DNA of 64,000 bases, from IMG/VR virus record IMGVR_UViG_3300021376_000011. One strand, given 5' to 3'. Under the pieces are notes generated by a model that ran no database searches, was not told the origin of the DNA, and worked only from the letters and a program-made list of their open reading frames with translations. This stretch comes from an uncultured virus (IMG/VR IMGVR_UViG_3300021376_000011). Taxonomy: Duplodnaviria; Heunggongvirae; Uroviricota; Caudoviricetes. A program made the position numbers and the translations under genes. Below, one piece after another: positions 10,677-21,711 of the stretch (its first letter is position 1; every line of letters begins with the position of its first letter).

Positions 10677-11051
10677 ATGAGGGAAAAGAAAAATATAATA
10701 TCATTAGACACAGATTCAGCGTTAGCGTTGATGCAAGAAATCTACAACGATATTGTTGAACAAAAAAATACTGCGTCAATGATAACTAAAAAAATGTTAA
10801 CATTCATGAAAGACGCTGAGGATATGAGCGTCATTGGTCCCGTCATTAAAGAACAACAAAAAATATTAAACGATTGTACCGAAAAAAAGATTTCATTAGT
10901 TAAACTTCAAGGAGCCTTATTAAAACAAACCCAAGGAAGTGGCCCAAATTCAAGTGGTGGTAAATTACAACTTACTGATGAAGATAGAGTCATATTGGAA
11001 AAACTGATGAATGATACTGAAGGAGAGTCGTCAGGAACATATACAGACTAA
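10677..11051 (+). CDS. Hypothetical helical protein
   Basis: 124-aa ORF preceded by TATTTATA at 10665. Confidence 0.6.
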   Translation: MREKKNIISLDTDSALALMQEIYNDIVEQKNTASMITKKMLTFMKDAEDMSVIGPVIKEQQKILNDCTEKKISLVKLQGALLKQTQGSGPNSSGGKLQLTDEDRVILEKLMNDTEGESSGTYTD

Positions 11052-13009
11052 TGGCTAATTCAAAAGAACCCAAAAAAAAACTTCAAGCTTCGATTGAAGC
11101 AATAAAAAAAATTAATGACGACCCAAAGGGTTCATTGGGTTCTATTGCCGACTCTTATCAAAAAAACATACCGGACCCAAACGAGTTATTTTCTAAAAAA
11201 AGTGCCGATTTAAAAAATAAATTAAAATCTAAGGTAGAAAATAATAAAGACATCTTTAAAGAATTGTTAGAAATTACAGAACAATTCATTACCAGTAACA
11301 AAAAAACAAAAACCGATACTACACCAACAAAAAGTGACAGTGTACCTGTCAATGTTGACAAGAATCTCGTAAAAGGAAAAATAAAACGTTATGCGGTTTC
11401 TTCCTCAAAAACAACTCTAAAATCTGCAAAACAAATTGCAATTAAACATTTTTCAGAAGCTCTTTTTATGGGTGACGGAATTTGTGGTAGTCAGTCCGTT
11501 TTTAATATAGATTCAATAGTCCTAAAACCTGACGAATTTGACTTCTTAGATATTTTTACAATTGACCCCGATTCAGATTGTGGTCAATTAATTTACGAGA
11601 AAAAGTCACCTGATAAAAACAAACAAAAGGCGAATAGAAAATTTTATGATTTAATGTCTTCAGGAGGTTTATACACTTACTCATCAAACAATGGTAAAAA
11701 CCTATTTAGTACCCAATGGAGTGCTTCAACACAACAATTTTTAATTACAGGATTAACTCAAGGTACAACAGGTACAACCAAAGTGCAAGACTTCATCAAA
11801 GACTATTATGAGTCTTTGGAATTTCCTGATATTGAAGATATCATGAAGACCGCTATGATGTTAACCATACAAGGCGGTTCAAGTTGTAGTGACTCAAGTA
11901 AATTTACAGTATCATTAAATAAATCTCTAAGATTAATTGATAAATTATTCAAAGTATGTGGTTCCAATACTCAAAAAGATGAATTAAAAAATCAGACACC
12001 TGTTGATATGTTTAGTGAAAACGACCAAGACATTGAATTCTATTTTGATTTCGATGATGTGGAAGGTATTGACTTAGACGATGAACAAAATAGATTTAAA
12101 AGAGTATTAAAGTTTAAAGACTGTTATAATTTTGAAATACCAGTAGACGACATGCATGTGGAGGATTTTATCTACTTAACAAATAATCAGAGCGTAGAGA
12201 GTGCGGTAGACAACACTTTAGAAAATTTAGCTAAAGATGCTTTATCACAATCAGACTCCTCTTTTGATATTAGCGCATTTTTAAATAACCTATTAAATAA
12301 TTTCATCATCAATTTACCAAAAGCTTTGGTTATGTCGATTTTGTCGGCTAAAATATTCTTACCAATTATAGTATTATATAAAATATTTAAAACAGGTTTA
12401 ACCAATGTGTATTTAAACAGTAAAGAATTAGCCAAGAAATTTTACAAGGCTATCGGTGCGATAATTAAAGATTTATTTTGGTTATTCATAAGAGAATTTT
12501 ATAGATTAATAAAAGTAGATTTATTGGCGTTTATCCAAAGTATTGTACAGAGAATTATTAAAAATAAGTACAAAAGGTATCTATTAATTATTACATCGTT
12601 AATTGCTTTATTGAGGAAAGCTTTAGAGACAGAGATAAATAATTGTTATGATTTATTCCAAACAATACTATCAACAATTGAGGCCGCATTATCACAAAAA
12701 GCACCTATAACAATACCTTCAATTCTTTTACTATTTTCAGATTCATTACCGGGTTTCAGTCAAGATAGGGCATTTATGAATATCATGAATAAATTAGAAG
12801 CGTCAGGTGTACCTACCGGACCTTTATTTGGTGAATCAAATGACATAGGTAGTTTGGTAAAATCCGTTGTTGATGGGTATACCGAAGAAGAGGATGCAAA
12901 TTCATTTGTAAAAATTGTATTGAAAGGTGGAACACTACCCGGTCCACCACTCGCTGGTGGCGCGGTAATACCACCTGGATTTATTACGGGCGTAGGTAAA
13001 AAACAATAA
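11051..13009 (+). CDS. Large hypothetical protein, probably structural
   Basis: 652-aa ORF in a late operon ahead of a gp5-like gene. Confidence 0.55.
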   Translation: MANSKEPKKKLQASIEAIKKINDDPKGSLGSIADSYQKNIPDPNELFSKKSADLKNKLKSKVENNKDIFKELLEITEQFITSNKKTKTDTTPTKSDSVPVNVDKNLVKGKIKRYAVSSSKTTLKSAKQIAIKHFSEALFMGDGICGSQSVFNIDSIVLKPDEFDFLDIFTIDPDSDCGQLIYEKKSPDKNKQKANRKFYDLMSSGGLYTYSSNNGKNLFSTQWSASTQQFLITGLTQGTTGTTKVQDFIKDYYESLEFPDIEDIMKTAMMLTIQGGSSCSDSSKFTVSLNKSLRLIDKLFKVCGSNTQKDELKNQTPVDMFSENDQDIEFYFDFDDVEGIDLDDEQNRFKRVLKFKDCYNFEIPVDDMHVEDFIYLTNNQSVESAVDNTLENLAKDALSQSDSSFDISAFLNNLLNNFIINLPKALVMSILSAKIFLPIIVLYKIFKTGLTNVYLNSKELAKKFYKAIGAIIKDLFWLFIREFYRLIKVDLLAFIQSIVQRIIKNKYKRYLLIITSLIALLRKALETEINNCYDLFQTILSTIEAALSQKAPITIPSILLLFSDSLPGFSQDRAFMNIMNKLEASGVPTGPLFGESNDIGSLVKSVVDGYTEEEDANSFVKIVLKGGTLPGPPLAGGAVIPPGFITGVGKKQ

Positions 13010-13010
13010 T

Positions 13011-13211
13011 ATGAATATTGAAAAATTACAAAATATTGTAGAAAATGCAAAAGATAAATCAAATAAGGATTTATTTGATGCTGAAGAATTTTTATTTAAA
13101 CAACACGAAGAATTAAAACTGTACATTGTTGAATTAACAAAAAAATTAGAGTTCATTGAAAATCTACATGGGACAATAATTACTGAAATTGAAAATAGAA
13201 AAATACAATGA
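13011..13211 (+). CDS. Small coiled-coil hypothetical protein
   Basis: 66-aa ORF with ATGA coupling to the next gene. Confidence 0.55.
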   Translation: MNIEKLQNIVENAKDKSNKDLFDAEEFLFKQHEELKLYIVELTKKLEFIENLHGTIITEIENRKIQ

Positions 13212-14767
13212 AAATAGTTGATATAGGTGTATGTTTAGACAACAATGACCCTAAAGGTTTAGGACGTATTCGTGTTGTTGATTATGATGATTACATTGGG
13301 GGTAAATCGAATATAAAAGAAGGTATTCAAAATTGGAGTAAAGATGACCCATTTGTAGCATCTCCATTTTTACCCAATAATATAAATTTTATACCTGAAA
13401 ATAAACAAGCGGTTAAAATCATTAGATACGATACCGAAAAAACAACAGTAAACCAAGAATACATTGCAGGTCCGTTTTCAACAAGATATGATTTTAACTC
13501 ACAAGAATTTAATACACAAATATCTCAAACATCTTATGGTGTTTCTGTTGAGGATAAGGTAGATATTATAAAAAATGAAGAAGGAACTCTTCCCGAGAAT
13601 TGTAAAAACGCCTTATCGAAATATAGAGACTATTCTGTAGGTGGAAAGTATGGTTCTGATGCTTTATTTACACAAGACGGATTAGTTTTAAGAGGTGGTA
13701 AGTTAATTCAAAAGGAGGTTGCTAGTAATCAAAACAGAGAACTTCTAACAAAAGGATTCCCAATAGTTTCTGATAAGGTTGCTAAATTACATTTAAAAAA
13801 ATTCGGACCTAAACAATTTATATCAGAAGAAATAAAAACGGAAAATGTAACAGAGAATTCAAATTTAAAGTTCATAATTGAGTATGATGTTGACAACCTG
13901 ACAAACCCAACTTATGTAAATTTTTATTTATATCAAATAAAACCTAATGTAACTGAAAAATATAATTCAAGTAATTTTACGGAGTCGACGCAAATATTAG
14001 CGGGAGAATCTGTTTTTCTATCTGAATCCGGTAACACTTATACGTTTAGGATTGATTTAAATTCAATTTTTTTATATAACGTAGCGTCACTAAACGAAAA
14101 AATTAAATTAATATATCAAGAAATTAGAAATAAACTAAAAACAATACAAAGTAATGGATTCGAGGATATTGTTCCTTTTAAAATACTCACAGATTTAATA
14201 GTAACTCAATCAGATTCAAACATATATCCTTTTTTCTTTAGACCGACAAATGAGTTTGAAAACAGGTCAACAACAAGTACTGAAAAAAATAACAGATTAA
14301 CTCTGTTTAATAACATAAAAATACCCGGGTCTACTTCAAAATCAAGTTTAGTTTATAATAGAGATAAGGTTACACCAAACACGAAGACAGTTGAAAAAGT
14401 CATAAAAGTTTTAAAAACGGATTCTACGTCTTTTGAACAAACTTTTGGAAACGTGACCGCCGATAAAATTTACTTACTTTCTACGGACACAAATTTTACG
14501 GATAAAAAAATTGATTTTCCTGTTTTAAACACTTATGAATATGACCAATCTGACTATATTGAAAAGATAGAACCAAATACATATTCTTTAGTGAGAGGTG
14601 AAATATTATTAGATTTTATTGATGCTCTTTACACCGTTTTAACTAGTCACGTACACAATATCAATAAAGAGTATGTTAAGAATGGATACTCCCCTCACGC
14701 AAAATTGGAAATACTGTATAAAAAATTAAGGGACGAGTTGATAAATAAATCTATTAAAATCAACTAA
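13208..14767 (+). CDS. Baseplate hub/spike-like protein (gp5 N-terminal OB-fold-like)
   Basis: GVCLDNNDPKGLGRIRV N-terminus; C-terminal SHVH motif as in spike tips. Confidence 0.6.
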   Translation: MKIVDIGVCLDNNDPKGLGRIRVVDYDDYIGGKSNIKEGIQNWSKDDPFVASPFLPNNINFIPENKQAVKIIRYDTEKTTVNQEYIAGPFSTRYDFNSQEFNTQISQTSYGVSVEDKVDIIKNEEGTLPENCKNALSKYRDYSVGGKYGSDALFTQDGLVLRGGKLIQKEVASNQNRELLTKGFPIVSDKVAKLHLKKFGPKQFISEEIKTENVTENSNLKFIIEYDVDNLTNPTYVNFYLYQIKPNVTEKYNSSNFTESTQILAGESVFLSESGNTYTFRIDLNSIFLYNVASLNEKIKLIYQEIRNKLKTIQSNGFEDIVPFKILTDLIVTQSDSNIYPFFFRPTNEFENRSTTSTEKNNRLTLFNNIKIPGSTSKSSLVYNRDKVTPNTKTVEKVIKVLKTDSTSFEQTFGNVTADKIYLLSTDTNFTDKKIDFPVLNTYEYDQSDYIEKIEPNTYSLVRGEILLDFIDALYTVLTSHVHNINKEYVKNGYSPHAKLEILYKKLRDELINKSIKIN

Positions 14768-14791
14768 AACGATATTTATACTATAAAGGGA

Positions 14792-16165
14792 ATGTCGTAC
14801 TATCGCTCATATTTTTCTAAAAACAATACTATCATCGAAGACAGTAGAGTTAACACCGCAAAAAATCCAACAACTGAGATTTATTATGGGGACGGATATT
14901 CGAGATTCATATTTAAAGTTGATTTTACAGATTTACAATCAAAAATTGACAGTGGTGATTTAGTTATAACCACAGGAACAACTCACTACTTGAAAATGAC
15001 TAATACGGTCATTGGTGACGCTAAATTAGTTGGAGACAGTAAGTCCAATGGTAAAGACCGAGCAACATCATTCGATTTAATATTATTTTCAATACCACAA
15101 TCATGGGATGAAGGTGTTGGATATGATTATGAATTTACCACTTATGATGACAGTTCAGGTAACAAAATATATGACACACGAGCTTCTAATTGGTACGATA
15201 GAACTACAACATCGGGATGGACTCATCCAGGTGTGTATACAGGTGCGACCGTAATAAGTACAATACACTTTGACAATGGTAATGAAAATATCAATGTTAA
15301 CATTACAAATTATGTAAATGGTATATTACTATCAGGTAACACTGACCATGGATTAGGGTTGGCTTTCACATCAGCATTTGAATCCATAACTACGGGTGAA
15401 ACACAACAATCGGTATCGTTTTTCTCAAAATACACTCAAACATTCTTTGAGCCATTTGTTGAGACGACTTTGTACGATAGAATATATGATAACAGACATA
15501 ATTTTATTGAAAAGAGATATAATAATCTTTATCTATATGTAACGAAAGGTTCTAATTTCTATGATTTAGAAAGTAACCCCACTGTTGATATACTTAATTC
15601 AAGTAGTGTTGCTATTTCTGGATTAACAGGTCTTACAACAACAAAAATTAGAAAAGGTGTCTACAAAGTGAGATTCGGTTTAACAGGACAACTATGTGAT
15701 GGTAAAAGATTTTTCTATGATAGATGGAAAAATCTAACACTTGATGGTGTGTCTATAGGTAACGCCACTCAAAAGTTTGTACCAAAACCGTATACATCGG
15801 GGTATAGTGTTGGTTCAAACCCAACCGAGACTCAAAACTATAAAATTCAATTTTCAGGAATAAAACAGAATGAAAAAATAATTAGGGGTGAATTAAAAAA
15901 GATTGTACTTTATTTGAAATCAATTGAACAATCAAGAACAATATTATTTGACGATGTTTATTATAGAATTTTCATAAAAGAAGGAAAAACAAATGTAATT
16001 GTTTACGATTGGACTAATGTAGATGTTACAAATGAGAATTCTTTTTATTTAGATACATCGTTTATGATTCCAAGGGAGTATTTTATGGAATTTAAAGCTA
16101 AAACATATACTGAGGAAATATTTTACAACGACTATGTCAAGTTTGAAATATTATCAGAAATTTAA
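14792..16165 (+). CDS. Virion structural protein (beta-rich, T/S/G-rich)
   Basis: 457-aa ORF with SWDEGVGYD and W motifs; late motif TATTTATA at 14773. Confidence 0.5.
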   Translation: MSYYRSYFSKNNTIIEDSRVNTAKNPTTEIYYGDGYSRFIFKVDFTDLQSKIDSGDLVITTGTTHYLKMTNTVIGDAKLVGDSKSNGKDRATSFDLILFSIPQSWDEGVGYDYEFTTYDDSSGNKIYDTRASNWYDRTTTSGWTHPGVYTGATVISTIHFDNGNENINVNITNYVNGILLSGNTDHGLGLAFTSAFESITTGETQQSVSFFSKYTQTFFEPFVETTLYDRIYDNRHNFIEKRYNNLYLYVTKGSNFYDLESNPTVDILNSSSVAISGLTGLTTTKIRKGVYKVRFGLTGQLCDGKRFFYDRWKNLTLDGVSIGNATQKFVPKPYTSGYSVGSNPTETQNYKIQFSGIKQNEKIIRGELKKIVLYLKSIEQSRTILFDDVYYRIFIKEGKTNVIVYDWTNVDVTNENSFYLDTSFMIPREYFMEFKAKTYTEEIFYNDYVKFEILSEI

Positions 16166-16178
16166 AATATTTATTATT

Positions 16179-16610
16179 ATGGATAACTTAGAAGGAATTA
16201 TTAAAAATCAACTTGACAATTACAAGAATGAAAATATAACTGAAAACTACATGTTTTTCAGTAATCTTAAACAACTTCACAGACAATGTCAAATGTTGTT
16301 ACAATTAGACCCATCTATCGTTGAAGACATTTTACAAAATGGTCATGATTGGGCTGATGACCATGTTGCTGTCGCTAAAGAAAATGTTGACCAAGTTTTT
16401 GATTTTATGATGAATATAACGAAAGAATCATTAAACGAGGCCAAATCAAATAAACTTTGTGCACGAGGAAAATCAGCAGCAAAATCAAAATTTAAAGTCT
16501 ATCCAAGCGCGTACGCTAATGGATATGCGATTCAAGTTTGTAAAGGTAAAATAAAAGGTTTAGATGGGGTAAGAAAGTGCTCGGGGTCATATTGCTCGGG
16601 TAAAAAATAA
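16179..16610 (+). CDS. Hypothetical protein with basic Cys-containing C-terminal module
   Basis: ITENYMFF...GHDWADDH; LNEAK...KFKVYPSAYANGYA; MDNLEG start preferred over 16134. Confidence 0.6.
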   Translation: MDNLEGIIKNQLDNYKNENITENYMFFSNLKQLHRQCQMLLQLDPSIVEDILQNGHDWADDHVAVAKENVDQVFDFMMNITKESLNEAKSNKLCARGKSAAKSKFKVYPSAYANGYAIQVCKGKIKGLDGVRKCSGSYCSGKK

Positions 16611-17638
16611 TGGATAAAAAAATTGTCTGTCAATGCGGTTGGAATTGGTCTTTATATGATGGTGGAGATGACCCGTATACGTGTCATAAATGTGGTCATG
16701 ATAATACAGATAAGTACACAATGAAGATTTATATTAGTGAAGAAGATTTATCTTATGTAAATGAATCTATTGAATCTGGAGAGGTTTTAAAAGAAGACTT
16801 GGCAAGATGGTTTAAAGAAAAATGGGTTGACGTTTCTCGTAAGATTGACGGTAAACACCCCCCCTGTGGTAGAAAATCGGCTGATGGTGAAGAAGGTAGA
16901 AAGGGTTATCCAAAATGTAGACCATCAAAAAAAGTATCAAAAGACACTCCAAAAACCGCTGGTAGTTATAGTAAAAAAGAAAAAAAATCTATGACTTCTC
17001 AAAAAAGAAGAGCAGAAAAGAAAGAACCGAAGATAGGCAAGGGTAACAAACCTACAATGACAAAATTTAATGAAAATATGGAAAATATAATTAAATTAGA
17101 TACAACTACAATTCAAAATACAATTAAACATCCAAAATTGGTTACTGAAAATATGGAAATTTCTAACGCTCTCCAATATCATATTATTTATAAAAAATCA
17201 TTATTAGAAAATGTATACAAATTAGGTACTGATAATTTTTTTAAATTATTAGAAGAATGTAAAGAACTATATTTGACTGGTCACTTAGATTTATCGGATG
17301 AGGATATTACATTCATTTATCAAAATGAATACGGCCCAATTGAAGAAACTAATTATGAAATTACAGACCTTTTAAATGAAGCCGAATATCAGGGAAGAAA
17401 GGTACAACTTGGAAAAATTATGCAGGGTGATATTAAGAAATTTAAAGTTTATGTTAAGAATGATAAAGGAAAAGTAGTAAAAGTAAATTTTGGGTTTGGT
17501 GGTAAATCTGCAAAGGGTAAAGTAATGAAAATTAAAAAGAATAATCCCGAAAGAAGAAAATCATTTAGAGCTAGACACAATTGTGATAATCCAGGTCCAC
17601 GTTGGAAACCAAGATATTGGGCTTGTAGAACTTGGTAA
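16610..17638 (+). CDS. Multi-module basic hypothetical protein (T4-like/giant-virus DUF-type modules)
   Basis: Zn-ribbon N-terminus; EDLARWFKEKWVD...CGR...YPKCRP; AEYQGRKV...RRKSFRARHNC...RYWAC. Confidence 0.6.
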   Translation: MDKKIVCQCGWNWSLYDGGDDPYTCHKCGHDNTDKYTMKIYISEEDLSYVNESIESGEVLKEDLARWFKEKWVDVSRKIDGKHPPCGRKSADGEEGRKGYPKCRPSKKVSKDTPKTAGSYSKKEKKSMTSQKRRAEKKEPKIGKGNKPTMTKFNENMENIIKLDTTTIQNTIKHPKLVTENMEISNALQYHIIYKKSLLENVYKLGTDNFFKLLEECKELYLTGHLDLSDEDITFIYQNEYGPIEETNYEITDLLNEAEYQGRKVQLGKIMQGDIKKFKVYVKNDKGKVVKVNFGFGGKSAKGKVMKIKKNNPERRKSFRARHNCDNPGPRWKPRYWACRTW

Positions 17639-18079
17639 TTAATAATAATTAACAACAACCCCACATTCAAGGAGGAGTTGGAGGGATTTCTTTTGAGATT
17701 CATCCCACTTCTCCTTATTTTTTGTGGTACATACCTCTTTACAGTAAACAGTTTTAATTCCACTATTTACTATACCTCTAGCACAGTCCATACATGGTAA
17801 TCCCGACGTAAGATATATTGTGGAACCTTTTAATGGTGTTCCTACACGAGCGGCGTTATAAATTGCATTACGTTCCGCATGTTCAAACCAGAAGTATTTT
17901 TCAGGTCTTTCCTGACGTTCTAATTTAGAATCGTCCATTCCCCTTGGGAAAGAATTATAACCCGTAGAAAGTACCTCATTGTCACCCCCAACGATTACCG
18001 CACCTATCTGTGTGAATTGGTCTTTTGATTTAAGTTTTACTTGTTCCGCTAATCCTAAAAAATATTCCGTCCAATTCAT
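17639..18079 (-). CDS. dCMP deaminase
   Basis: KSKD...IGAVIV, STGYN, HAERNAI, PCMDC. Confidence 0.92.
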   Translation of the reverse strand: MNWTEYFLGLAEQVKLKSKDQFTQIGAVIVGGDNEVLSTGYNSFPRGMDDSKLERQERPEKYFWFEHAERNAIYNAARVGTPLKGSTIYLTSGLPCMDCARGIVNSGIKTVYCKEVCTTKNKEKWDESQKKSLQLLLECGVVVNYY

Positions 18080-18429
18080 ATTAATTTTTGGTTTGAAATA
18101 AAATGTACTCTATTATTGTAATATAATCTAAGATTTTCGGCAAGACCTTTTTCCATTAATTTACTCATCTCTCTACAATTGTCCGAATCACTAATATCAA
18201 TACCGACTATGAATCTACCATCATATTGTTTTTGATAAGTAATTGGTCGAATATATTTTCCTTGGTCTTCCATCTTAAGATATTTCACCATTTCATCTTT
18301 AGTCTGTTTACACTCAATATTCCTACTTTCTATCAAACCTTTTAATACGTCTAATCTTAATTTCTCATAATCAAAGGGTTCGTCGGACATAATTGCTTTT
18401 TGTATATTTTTTTTTGATATTTTACCCAT
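18076..18429 (-). CDS. Hypothetical protein (SAP/HeH-like N-terminal helix pair)
   Basis: YEKLRLDVLKGLIESRNI...TKDEMVKYL. Confidence 0.5.
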   Translation of the reverse strand: MGKISKKNIQKAIMSDEPFDYEKLRLDVLKGLIESRNIECKQTKDEMVKYLKMEDQGKYIRPITYQKQYDGRFIVGIDISDSDNCREMSKLMEKGLAENLRLYYNNRVHFISNQKLI

Positions 18430-18458
18430 ATTACAAATATACTGAAAAATTGTACAAT

Positions 18459-18487
18459 AAAAAAGGGGGACTAATGTCCCCCTTTCT
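18459..18487 (-). terminator. Intrinsic terminator of the major capsid gene
   Basis: GGGGGAC-TAAT-GTCCCCC hairpin with a U-tract on the minus strand, about 20 nt past the gp23 stop. Confidence 0.85.
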
Positions 18488-18505
18488 ATTATGAGATAGT
18501 TATGA

Positions 18506-20269
18506 TTATCTCAAGGTGTCAAGACTAAATGTAGACAAACCACTTACGTTTACCACACCAAAATAACGGTTGTTAACCATTTTCTTAGCGTATCTGGTCA
18601 TAATACCTTTGATTGGTGTAAAGTTGAATGGATTGTACATTGTAGGTGTTAATTGTAATGGAACGTATGGTGCGTAAATATAACCAGCGTCCAACAATGA
18701 TTTACCTTTGTGACCGATAACAACCTTACCAGCTGGTAAGTATGGGTCACGGTACACTTGATAACGACCTGCTAAAGAACCGATTTTCTCGATACCCATG
18801 TTATATTGGTCTTGCTCAGGAGCCGCGTTTGAAACGTGGAAGTATTCCAAGTCGTCAAATACTGCAGATACCTCAGAAGATACAACAATCCAGTTAGCTC
18901 CACCTCTTAAGGTAGTTTTATGGATTTGAGCTGAGATTTGGTTAATTTTGGTAACCAATGTTTGGTTCCAGTCTTTTTGAGTGTAACCAGCGAATGATGA
19001 ACCATCGTTACCGTATCTCCATTCGTTGTAGTCCCACTTAGATGTCCAAGCGGCACCTTTACGAATGTCACGAAGGATTTCACGGTCGATTTCTGCTGCG
19101 ATTTGCTCAGACAATAAAGCTGTCAATTCAGCTTCAGCATCGATGTTGTGGAATGCACTTACGTCTTGTGCTAATTCAGGAGACCAGCTAGCTCTCAATT
19201 TTCTTTCAGTTACAGAAACTGTTACTGACTCAAGGTCGAAAGATACTTCACCGATTTCTTCTTCGAATTCTAATGAATTGTATTCTCTCCAACTTACCTT
19301 AATGTCACTCGCCGCTAATGATGAACCAGCAACTGTGTAATCTGTAAAACCTGTTGTTACACCGTTGTACTTTTGTAAGTCGATAGATAAGTAAATAACT
19401 CCATCAGCGTCACAAACGTTTGTGAATTTACCTGTTCTACCACTGTCTTTAGAACCGTACTCTACAATGCCTTTACCGTATTTTTGAGTTACTACGCTGA
19501 AAGGAATATTAGCGGCTGCAGTAGCACCTAAGTGAGTATATAACGAACTATCAAGACCTGATAAAGTGTAAACAGTTAATGATGCTAAGAACTCTTCAGT
19601 ATCCATGACATGACCATTAGGGCCGGAAAGTTTACTAGCACCTTCGTAAGTTGTAAAACCTGAAATTTTAGCAATTACACTTGATACTGTGTTACCTGTA
19701 GCAATAGCCGCTTGAGTTGAAGCTACGCCGTTACTAAATGTAACAAATTCAATTGTTGAGCCAGTAATTGTTGCAAAAGTACCTTTTGAGTAGTCAAACA
19801 AACCAGAATCAACTGAATCACTCGCTTCGTAGAAACGGTCATACAAGTTGTTACCAGTGTAACCAACGGCTGGGTCGGTATCGGTTGTGTTTGGGAAACC
19901 GAATGGTTGACGGTGTGCGTTTGCCGATGTTCTATCTTGAATTTTAGGTACAAAGTAGAACAATTTACCGATAGGTAAGTTCATTGCTTGTACGGATACG
20001 ATGTCGTTCGCTAACAATTTAGAGAAAACACGACGGATAATAGGGAATACTACAGTTTCAAATGAACCTGAAGCATCGGCTACAGCCGCTTCGTTGATTA
20101 GGTATGAAGCTTGGTTTTCATACAATTGTGCGATGTTGTCTTTTTGGTGACCGTTAAGACCCTCAAGGAATCCTAAGTCATCCCATTTTTTAATGGTATC
20201 TTCTTTGATAACACGGAGGTGTTTTAATCCAATGTTACCAACCATACCAGATTCTAATAATGCTCCCAT
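18506..20269 (-). CDS. Major capsid protein (T4 gp23-like)
   Basis: DIVSVQAMNLPIG, RKLRASWSPELAQD, AEAELTALLSEQIAAEIDREI, YAPYVPL...GIMTRY. Confidence 0.97.
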   Translation of the reverse strand: MGALLESGMVGNIGLKHLRVIKEDTIKKWDDLGFLEGLNGHQKDNIAQLYENQASYLINEAAVADASGSFETVVFPIIRRVFSKLLANDIVSVQAMNLPIGKLFYFVPKIQDRTSANAHRQPFGFPNTTDTDPAVGYTGNNLYDRFYEASDSVDSGLFDYSKGTFATITGSTIEFVTFSNGVASTQAAIATGNTVSSVIAKISGFTTYEGASKLSGPNGHVMDTEEFLASLTVYTLSGLDSSLYTHLGATAAANIPFSVVTQKYGKGIVEYGSKDSGRTGKFTNVCDADGVIYLSIDLQKYNGVTTGFTDYTVAGSSLAASDIKVSWREYNSLEFEEEIGEVSFDLESVTVSVTERKLRASWSPELAQDVSAFHNIDAEAELTALLSEQIAAEIDREILRDIRKGAAWTSKWDYNEWRYGNDGSSFAGYTQKDWNQTLVTKINQISAQIHKTTLRGGANWIVVSSEVSAVFDDLEYFHVSNAAPEQDQYNMGIEKIGSLAGRYQVYRDPYLPAGKVVIGHKGKSLLDAGYIYAPYVPLQLTPTMYNPFNFTPIKGIMTRYAKKMVNNRYFGVVNVSGLSTFSLDTLR

Positions 20270-20296
20270 TTTAGTATTAATTTTTAATTTTTAAGT

Positions 20297-21631
20297 TTAT
20301 TTTATTTTTGCCATTAAATCTTTCATTCTTCTGAATTGTGGATTCTCATATGCTTTTGATTCCGACAATACTTTTGAAGAAGAAGATGTTTGTGACGTTG
20401 TTATTTTATCAACCACTGATTCAGTTACAGGTTTTTTTGTATCTAATTCAGTTTTTATAGAACTATATAAGTTCTTAGACTCTTTCAAGGTTGAGATTGA
20501 ATCGAATCTTTTTAAGATGTTTAACTTCTCTTGTTTGGTGGTCGAGTGTTCAGTAAACAAACGGGTAGCGTAAGCCAAGTTAGCGTTGAATACAGCAACT
20601 TCATTTAACTTTTCTTTGAATAAGACTAAAGCCTTTTTATATTCATCGTTTTGTTTTTTGAGTTTACTAACTTCTTCGTTGATTGAACCCGAACCAGCTT
20701 TATATTTTGTTTTGCCTTTAATACCGGCTCTATTCATACCACCTTTATCTCCGTGAAGATTTGATGTAGTTCTTGATGCTTCATCAACGTCACCCATCTT
20801 GGGGTCTTGGTCTTCGTCATCTTCGCACATCTTTTCGTCCTCGTACATCTTGGGGTCTATTTCATATTCGCACAACTCGTCGTCCTCGGGCATCATCATA
20901 GGGTCCATCATGTCTTCATCAACATCATCAAGTTCGATTTCGTAAACTGTTTGTTCAGAATCATCCATCATTTCTTTCAATTCATTTGAATATTCCGACT
21001 CATAACCCATGCCCATGTCTTCATCATCCATTTCCATGTCTTCATCATCCATTTCCATGTCTTCATCATCCATTTCCATGTCTTCATCATCCATTTCCAT
21101 GTCTTCATCATCCATTTCCATGTCTGCACCTAACTTAATGATATACTCGTCATCACCATCAGACAATTCGATGTGGTCATCATCTTTCTTAACGATTACT
21201 CCATCTTCAGGACTCATTGCTTTAAAAACTTTTAAAATTTCGTCTTCGTCAGCACCAGTCATATCAACCACATCGTCATCATCCATGTCTCCAAAGTCGT
21301 TCATGTTATCCATGTCGCCAAAGTCGTCATCAGATGAATCTTTTGAGTCGATGTCTTTAGATAGTTCATCAGATGAGTTGTCATCATCTTCGTCTGATTT
21401 ATCGTCCCCAGTGTTATCGTCAGCACCTGCTGATACATCGTCTGCGGGGTCTTCTTCAGGATTAGGTTGTTCTTTAACAACTTTTTCCTCATCTTCCATG
21501 GATTCTTTCAACAAATCGCCGATTTCTTGTTTCATAGTTGAAGCAAGTATACCTTTTGCGTTTGCCCTTACCGCCTCCTCAAGGGTCTGTACTTGAAGCA
21601 ATGCTTGTTCTAGAATGGATTTTTCGCTCAT
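20297..21631 (-). CDS. Prohead core/scaffolding protein (acidic)
   Basis: Lies between protease and capsid genes; very D/E-rich with a coiled-coil C-terminus. Confidence 0.8.
   Translation of the reverse strand: MSEKSILEQALLQVQTLEEAVRANAKGILASTMKQEIGDLLKESMEDEEKVVKEQPNPEEDPADDVSAGADDNTGDDKSDEDDDNSSDELSKDIDSKDSSDDDFGDMDNMNDFGDMDDDDVVDMTGADEDEILKVFKAMSPEDGVIVKKDDDHIELSDGDDEYIIKLGADMEMDDEDMEMDDEDMEMDDEDMEMDDEDMEMDDEDMGMGYESEYSNELKEMMDDSEQTVYEIELDDVDEDMMDPMMMPEDDELCEYEIDPKMYEDEKMCEDDEDQDPKMGDVDEASRTTSNLHGDKGGMNRAGIKGKTKYKAGSGSINEEVSKLKKQNDEYKKALVLFKEKLNEVAVFNANLAYATRLFTEHSTTKQEKLNILKRFDSISTLKESKNLYSSIKTELDTKKPVTESVVDKITTSQTSSSSKVLSESKAYENPQFRRMKDLMAKIK
21013..21125. repeat. 21-bp tandem repeat (x5) encoding DDEDMEM
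   Basis: ccatgtcttcatcatccattt repeated about five times. Confidence 0.95.
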
Positions 21632-21711
21632 ATTATTAAATATATTTACCTATAAATATGCTGATAATGTAAAAAAATACCGATTATAGTTTGATAACCT
21701 ATAATAAATTA

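Noticed and set aside
21013..21125. 21-bp repeat as an origin or regulatory array
   Set aside because: It is in frame within the scaffold gene and encodes DDEDMEM low-complexity repeats
21009..21596. 195-aa Ser-rich plus-strand ORF
   Set aside because: Antisense shadow of the acidic GAT/GAA-rich scaffold gene
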